Shown in pieces: positions 57,098 to 64,000 of a stretch of DNA of 64,000 bases. The notes below the pieces were generated by a model that worked only from the letters and a program-made list of their open reading frames with translations, had not been told where the DNA came from and searched no databases. The DNA is from Eledone cirrhosa. Lineage: Eukaryota. Within the stretch, counting starts at the first letter, position 1, and each line of letters begins with the position of its first letter. The stretch spans positions 22,134,001 to 22,198,000 of the forward strand of contig OZ024762.1 of NCBI GenBank assembly GCA_964016885.1. The letters are read 5' to 3'. Both the position numbers and the translations under genes were made by a program.

Positions 57098-57526
57098 CCA
57101 TCACCATCACCATCGTCATCATCATCATCATGAAGATATCATCACCAGGTTACCACCAGCATCATCATCATCATCAATGTCATCACCGTTGTCATCATTA
57201 CTGCATATCATTCTTCTCATCATGTCACCACCATCACCATCACCATCATCACCATCATCACCATCACCATCATCATCACCATCATCATCACCATCACCAC
57301 CATCACCATCATCATCATCATCACCATCATCACCATCACCATCATCATCACCATCATCATCATCATCACCATCATCACCATCATCATCACCATCATCATC
57401 ATCATCATCATCACCATCATCACCATCATCATCACCATCATCATCACCATCATCACCATCACCATCATCATCACCATCACCATCATCACCATCATCACCA
57501 TCATCATCACCATCATCATCACCATC

Positions 57527-57558
<32 letters not shown>

Positions 57559-57665
57559 CATCATCACCATCATCATCACCATCACCACCATCATCATCAT
57601 CACCATCATCACCATCATCATCACCATCATCACCACCATCATCACCACCATCATCATCATCACCG
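57098..57665. repeat. (CAT/CAC)n trinucleotide tract
   Basis: Directly visible. It is the source of the poly-His/Ser-Pro/Asp ORFs. Confidence 0.95.
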
Positions 57666-57749
57666 CCTGCATCCTCACTATCGTGGCTATTGCTGTTGTT
57701 GTTGTTGCTGTTGGTGTTGTATTTCATTCTGTATTGGTGCTGCTGTTGC

Positions 57750-58245
57750 ATATATACACACACACAATCCAACACACACACACAATCCAACACACACACA
57801 CAGAAACACACACACAATCCAACACACACACACAGAAACACACACACAATCCAACACACACACACACAGAAACACACACACACACACACACAGAAACATA
57901 CACACAATCCCACACACACACACACAGAAACACACAACCCCACACCCGCTACCACATCAACCATTTTCATCATCACCACCATCACCACTGCCACTACCAC
58001 CACCTTATCTTCACTTCTCATCACCACCAGCACCACCACCTTACCTTCACATCACCACCATCACTGCCACCACCACCACCTTACCTTCACATGATCACCA
58101 ACACCACCACCACCTTACCTTCACATCATCACCACCATCACCACCTTACCTTCACATCACCACCACCACCACCACCAACAACTTACCTTCACATCATCAC
58201 CACCACCACCACCACCACCTCCACCACCACCACCACCACCACCAC

Positions 58246-58276
<31 letters not shown>

Positions 58277-58350
58277 ACCAACTTACCTTCACATCATCAC
58301 CACCACCACCACCACCACCACTCCCATCACCACCACCATCACCACCACAA
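57750..58350. repeat. (CA)n with AATCCA/GAAA interruptions, then (CAC)n with recurrent CTTACCTTCACAT
   Basis: Directly visible. Confidence 0.88.
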
Positions 58351-58503
58351 CCCCCTCTCTCTCCCTCAATCCCCAGAAAAGTTAGGTTTATATTTGATGG
58401 ACATTTTGGCAGCTGAGCAATCCAACATGGCGGTTAGGTAGTAACTCGTTGTAAATCTCCTTTCACACTGACACAAATCTCCTCACAAATATCACCTCTA
58501 ATC

Positions 58504-58543
58504 CACCACACACACATATATATATATATATATATACATACTT

Positions 58544-58582
<39 letters not shown>

Positions 58583-59730
58583 CACCACACACCACACACA
58601 CACACATATATATACACACACACATATATATATATATACATACACCACACACCACACACACATATATATATATATATACATACACCACACACCACACACA
58701 CACATATATATATACACACACACATAGATATATATATATATATACATACACCACACACCAATATATATACACACACACATATATATATATACATACACGA
58801 CACACCACACACACACACATATATATACACACACACACATATATATATATATATACATACACCACACACCACACACACACACATATATATACACACACAC
58901 ACATATATATATATATACATACACCACACACCACACACATATATATATATATATACACATACACCACACACCACACACACACACATATATATACACACAC
59001 ATATATACACCACACACCACACACACACATATATATATACACACACACGCATATATATATATATATATACATACACCACACACCACACACACACACATAT
59101 ATATACACACACATATATATATATATATATACATACACCACACACCACACACACACACACACAAACAGTCACACCCACTCTCACAAATACTCACACCACA
59201 CACTCACACACACAGTCACACCCACTCTCACACATACGCAACACACGCACACACTCTCTCACACACACACTCACGCAAACACACACACGCGATCATACAC
59301 ACACACTTGCCCCCTCTCTCTGTTCACCTTCTCTCTCTCTCTCTCTCACCCTCTCTCTCTGTTTCCCCCTCTCGCTCTCTCTCTCTGTTTCCCCCTCTCG
59401 CTCTCTCTTTCACCCTCTCCCTCTCTCTCTCTCTCTCTGTTTTACCCCTCTCTCTCTCTCTCTCTTTCACCCCCTCTCTCTCTCTCTCTCTATTTCACCC
59501 CCCCCCCTCCCTTCTCTCTCTCTTGGTGGTGGTGGTGGTGATGGTTGTGATGGTGGTGTTGATGATGGTGGTAGTAGTGGTGTTTATATTGTTGGTGGTG
59601 GTGGTGGTGGTGGTGTTGATGGTGGTGGTGGTGGTGGTGGTGTTTATATTGTTTGTGGTGGTGGTGGTGGTGATGATGGTGATGGTGGTGGTGATGTTTA
59701 TATTGTCTGTGGTGGTGGTGGTGGTGATCA
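58504..59730. repeat. Compound CA/TA minisatellite, (CT)n tract and (GGT)n tract
   Basis: ATACATACACCACACACCAC(AC)n(AT)n units run to about 59160. CT-rich at 59310-59522 and GGT-rich at 59524-59730. Confidence 0.9.
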
Positions 59731-59869
59731 TACTATAGTCGGAAAATTTGTGTTCAAATATATTTGCTTTTAGTTGTTGTTTATGTTGTTGTTATCTCTG
59801 TTGAGGTCCTGGTTTGACAGAAATGTCAGCTTAACTGTGTGAGAAAATATATATATAACCATTAAACCT

Positions 59870-60845
59870 TGTAAAGATTTGGCAGTAAATATCTATAAAA
59901 CAGGTTTAATTCAAATGTTTATAGTATCTTTACTAATGGACAGATTGTTGTGAACATTTGCAGTATTATCTGTTGGCATCCTGCTGTAAAGATTTAACAG
60001 TAAATATCTATAAAACAGGTTTAATTCAAATGTTTATAGTATCTTTACTAATGGACAGATTGTTGTGAACATTTGCAGCATTATCTCTTAGTGGATTGGC
60101 AGTATCGGTAGAGGGTCGGACGCCATGCTTTGACGCATAGAGTTACGGCCCTTGCCATTCTGAGTTCAAATCCCGCCGAGGTTAACTTTGCCTTTCATCC
60201 TTATGGGGTCGATAAAATAAAGTACCAGTAATACACTGGGTAATTGCTGGCCTTGTACCAAAAGTAGAAACAATTATCTCTTGGCATCCTGTAATGGTTT
60301 AACAGTAAATATCTATAAAACAGGTTTAATTCAAATGTTTATAGTATCTTTACTAATGGACAGATTGTTGTGAACATTTGCAGTATTATCTCTTGGCATC
60401 CTGCTGTAAAGATTTGGCAGTAAATATCTATAAAACAGGTTTAATTCAAATGTTTATAGTATCTTTACGAATGGACAGATTGTTGTGAACATTTGCAGTA
60501 TTATCTCTTGGCATCCTGCTGTAAAGATTTAGCAGTAAATATCTATAAAACAGGTTTAATTCAAATGTTTATAGTATCTTTACTAATGGACAGATTGTTG
60601 TGAACATTTGCAGTATTATCTCTTGGCATCCTGCTGTAAAGATTTAGCAGTAAATATCTATAAAACAGGTTTAATTCAAATGTTTATAGTATCTTTACTA
60701 ATGGACAGATTGTTGTGAACATTTGCAGTATTATCTCTTGGCATCCTGCTGTAAAGATTTAACAGTAAATATCTATAAAACAGGTTTAATTCAAATGTTT
60801 ATAGTATCTTCACTAGTGTTCAGATCGTTGTGAAAATTTGCAGTA
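59870..60845 (+). repeat. 115-bp tandem repeat, 7 copies, interrupted by a SINE
   Basis: TAAATATCTATAAAACAGG occurs at 59886, 60001, 60306, 60421, 60536, 60651 and 60766. Degenerate related sequence continues to about 61100. Confidence 0.93.
60090..60272 (+). mobile_element. tRNA-derived SINE with 10-bp TSD
   Basis: A-box-like TGGCAGTATCGG, B-box GAGTTCAAATCC, and body GCCTTTCATCC...GGGGTCGATAAAATAAAGTACCAG. TSD ATTATCTCTT at 60080-60089 and 60273-60282. Confidence 0.9.
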
Positions 60846-62000
60846 AATTAAAGTAAATACTTCAATTTGTAATGTGCTGCCGTCATGGTGTTGTTTTCTA
60901 TTTTACAAGAATGTCTTGCTAATGTAGTTTGTAAATTCAAATATTTATATTATCTTTATTTTGCAGTAAATTAAAGACTTCAATTTTTAATGTGCTTCTG
61001 TCATACGGCTGTTTTCAATATTTCAAGAATGGCTTGCTAATGTGGTTTGTTACTCTGAATGTTTATAGTATCTTTAGTATAAGGTAGATCGCTATGAACA
61101 TTTGCAATACGAGAGCATTTCATATGATGCAATCATAATGCTGTTTTGTACATTTCAAAAATGTCTTGCTAATATGGTTTCGTGTAGTACAGGTATTCAA
61201 ACATTAAACAAGAAATGTAACTATGGTAGGAGGCTTTGCACGAAGCCAATCCCACTCTCTGAACATCGAATCCATTTGCCCCAAAAAGAACAGGTCTTCA
61301 TCATTGGATGCAAACGAAGCCGCAGGTTTTATATTAGAGTTACCTTCTCCTAGGGAGATATCTTAATGAAGACTGGGAGTCTCTCGCTCCACAAAAATAA
61401 AACATACATGCACATGTAGGAAGTTGCAAGTACAGTCCATTAATAGAACTAGCAGAAAAACCACCTTTCGTGTGTATATTGATATTATACGCAGGTATAT
61501 ATGCATGTAGATATGATACATCAAATAAAATCGTAATTGACAATATATAATACATATAAATTGAACGAAGACTGCGTTACACTGTCTTCTTTAATCAGTA
61601 ACGTAATCCATGATACATTAAAAAGGACGATATTATATATAAACTACATTAGGAGAAAATTAGTGACAGAAAATTAGTTTGTTTATTTAAGCGATGGCCA
61701 ACCGGAAGTGTTGACATTTCAGAAATTTTAAAGAAGTGAATCTTTAAATAAACAAAATATATTTAATCAATAGCCACGAAATTTAGTAGAATAATTATGT
61801 AATATTCATTCATTATTTATTCAAAGTAATCCAACTTATTTTACAAACAGGATAAAAAAAAAAACCGTACGCAATCTCGCAGACCTTCCTTTATGTAAGA
61901 AAACCAGTATGTAATAACTGCGTATACGTGTGTATAAATTCAGGAACATGCATGTGTACACACATAACTGAAATATATATAGATTCACACATGCAATAAT

Positions 62001-62556
62001 TGTTTCTACTTTTAGCACAGGGCCAACAATTATCCCAGTGCATCACTGGTACTTTATTTTATCGACCCCGTAAGGATGAAAGGCAAAGTTAACCTTGGCG
62101 GGATTTGAACTAAGATCATAAAGGCCCGTAACTCCGTGCTTAGCGTCCGACTCTTTAACGATACTGCCAATCCACCGCCCTTGGAGTTTCTACTTTTGGC
62201 ACAAGGCCAGCGAATACCCCAGTGCATCACTGGTACTTTATTTTATCGACCCCGTAAGGATGAAAGGCAAAGTTAACCTCGGCGGGATTTGAACTAAGAT
62301 CATAAAGGCCCGTAACTCCGTGCTTGGCGTCCGACTCTTTAACGATACTGCCAATCCACCGCCCTTGGAGTTTCTACTTTTGGCACAAGGCCAGCGATTA
62401 CCCAGTGCATCACTGGTACTTTATTTTATCGACCTCGTAAGGATGAAAGGCAAAGTTAATCTCTGCAAGATTTGAACTCAGAACGCAAAGGGCCGCAACT
62501 ATGCTGCAAAGCATGGTGTCTGACGCTCTACCGATTCTGCCAAACCACCGCCATTG
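62001..62556 (-). mobile_element. Head-to-tail trimer of the same tRNA-derived SINE family within one 15-bp TSD
   Basis: Copies begin (plus strand) GTTTCTACTTTT at 62002, 62186 and 62370 (184-bp period). Each has GATTTGAACT (B-box reverse complement). CACACATGCAATAAT occurs at 61986-62000 and 62557-62571. Confidence 0.9.
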
Positions 62557-62655
62557 CACACATGCAATAATATCCATAGCTGTACACCAACACATACAGA
62601 AATGCTTACATATTTACCTAGTTGATGTTGTCTAAATTCCAATGTTAGGAACCAG

Positions 62656-62686
62656 CTCTCTCTCTCTCTCTCTATCTATCTACCTA

Positions 62687-62729
<43 letters not shown>

Positions 62730-62735
62730 CTCTCT

Positions 62736-62770
<35 letters not shown>

Positions 62771-62951
62771 CGAAAATTTATAAAATAATAAAACCAGAAG
62801 AACATACGTACATACATACATATATACACACACACATACATACATACATACATACATACATACATACGTACATACATATATACACACACACATACATACA
62901 TACGTACATACATACATATATACATACGTACATACACATACGTACATACAT

Positions 62952-63010
<59 letters not shown>

Positions 63011-63041
63011 TACATACATAGATACGTACACACACGTACAT

Positions 63042-63088
<47 letters not shown>

Positions 63089-63175
63089 TACATACATACA
63101 TACATACATACATACATACATACATACATACATACATACATACATACATACATACATACATGACATGACATGACA
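62656..63175. repeat. (CT)n, (TA)n, (CATA)n and (CA)n microsatellites
   Basis: Directly visible. Confidence 0.92.
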
Positions 63176-63394
63176 TTGTCCTTTCTATACTTTTTATTGT
63201 TTTTCCAGTAAAAAACAATAAAAGGTGAAATATCAGACATGGGATCTCATAAATAATACCTGGCGATGGCGGGAGGGGGGTGTTGTGGGGGTGCAGGGGG
63301 TGGGGGCTATAGTGGTGGTGGAGGGGATATAGTGGTGTGGAAAGTGGTATGGAAGATGTCTGTAGTGTGGTGGGCATAGAGATTGGTCGTGTCG

Positions 63395-64000
63395 GTGCTG
63401 ATGGTGGTGGTGGTGGTTGTTGGTGTAGGTGGTGGTGGTAATGATGGTGTGGAGGTGGTAATGGTGGTGGTGGTAATGATGATGGTGGTGGTGGTGGTGC
63501 TGGTTGTTGTTGTAGGTGGTGGTTGTTGTTATAGGTGGTGGTGGTTGTTATAGGTGGTGGTAATGATGGTGGTGGTGGTGGTTGTTGTAGGTGGTGGTGG
63601 TGGTGGTGGTTGTTATAGGTGGTGGTGGTAATGATGGTGGTGGTTGTTGTTGTAGTGGTGGTGGTGGTGGTAATGATGATGGTGGTGGTGGTGGTGGTGG
63701 TTGTTGGTGTAGGTGGTGGTTGTTGTTGTAGGTGGTGGTGGTAATGATGGTGGTGGTGGTGGTTATGATGATGGTGGTGGTGCTGGTGGTTGTTGTAGGT
63801 GGTGGTGGTAATGATGGTGGTGGTTGTTGTTGTAGGTGGTGGTGGTGGTGGTGGTGGTTGTTATAGGTGGTGGTGGTAATGATGGTGGTGGTGGTGGTGG
63901 TGGTGATTGTTATAGGTGGTGGTAATGATGGTGTGGAGGTGGTAATGATGATGGTGGTGGTGGTGGTGGTAATGATGGTGGTGGTGGTTGTTGTTGTAGG
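63395..64000. repeat. (GGT/TGT/GAT)n low-complexity tract, runs off the window
   Basis: Directly visible. Confidence 0.92.

Noticed and set aside
58424-58433. YY1-like motif AACATGGCGG (also ETS-like ACCGGAAGTG at 61701-61710)
   Set aside because: These are isolated 10-mers with no linked gene or other promoter evidence.
60090-60180. tRNA gene
   Set aside because: The A/B boxes belong to a SINE head with a SINE body and TSD. No complete cloverleaf is evident.
61223-61366. Possible small exon or ORF MVGGFARSQSHSLNIESICPKKNRSSSLDANEAAG...
   Set aside because: It is only 47 codons with a weak donor (CAG/GTTTTA) and no recognised homology. RNA-seq or tblastn would be needed.

Overview
This is non-coding, AT-rich animal DNA. 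The SINE types and very dense microsatellites suggest an octopus or other cephalopod (inference). No credible protein-coding gene is present, and the listed ORFs are repeat translations or unsupported chance frames. Bases 1-52380 are one structured satellite of roughly 500-520 copies of an 88-bp monomer whose orientation alternates strictly. Forward blocks switch to reverse at 11 copies of a 535-557 bp palindromic hub. Reverse blocks switch to forward at 11 identical 58-bp TA-rich linkers. The outer 31 bp of each hub looks like a mariner (Himar1/irritans-like) terminal inverted repeat with its TA. The monomer looks like the fused 5' and 3' subterminal ends of a mariner: it includes GTT GAA AAA TAA (V-E-K-stop) and the inner part of the TIR. 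The array therefore reads as a tandem chain of TIR-bounded, 2.3-8.1 kb fold-back elements filled with mariner-derived satellite, further amplified by kb-scale duplications. Bases 52381-64000 hold a Helitron-type 3' end, a 239-bp hairpin MITE, tRNA-derived SINEs (one with a TSD inside a 115-bp tandem repeat, and a trimer inside a single 15-bp TSD), minisatellites and simple repeats.
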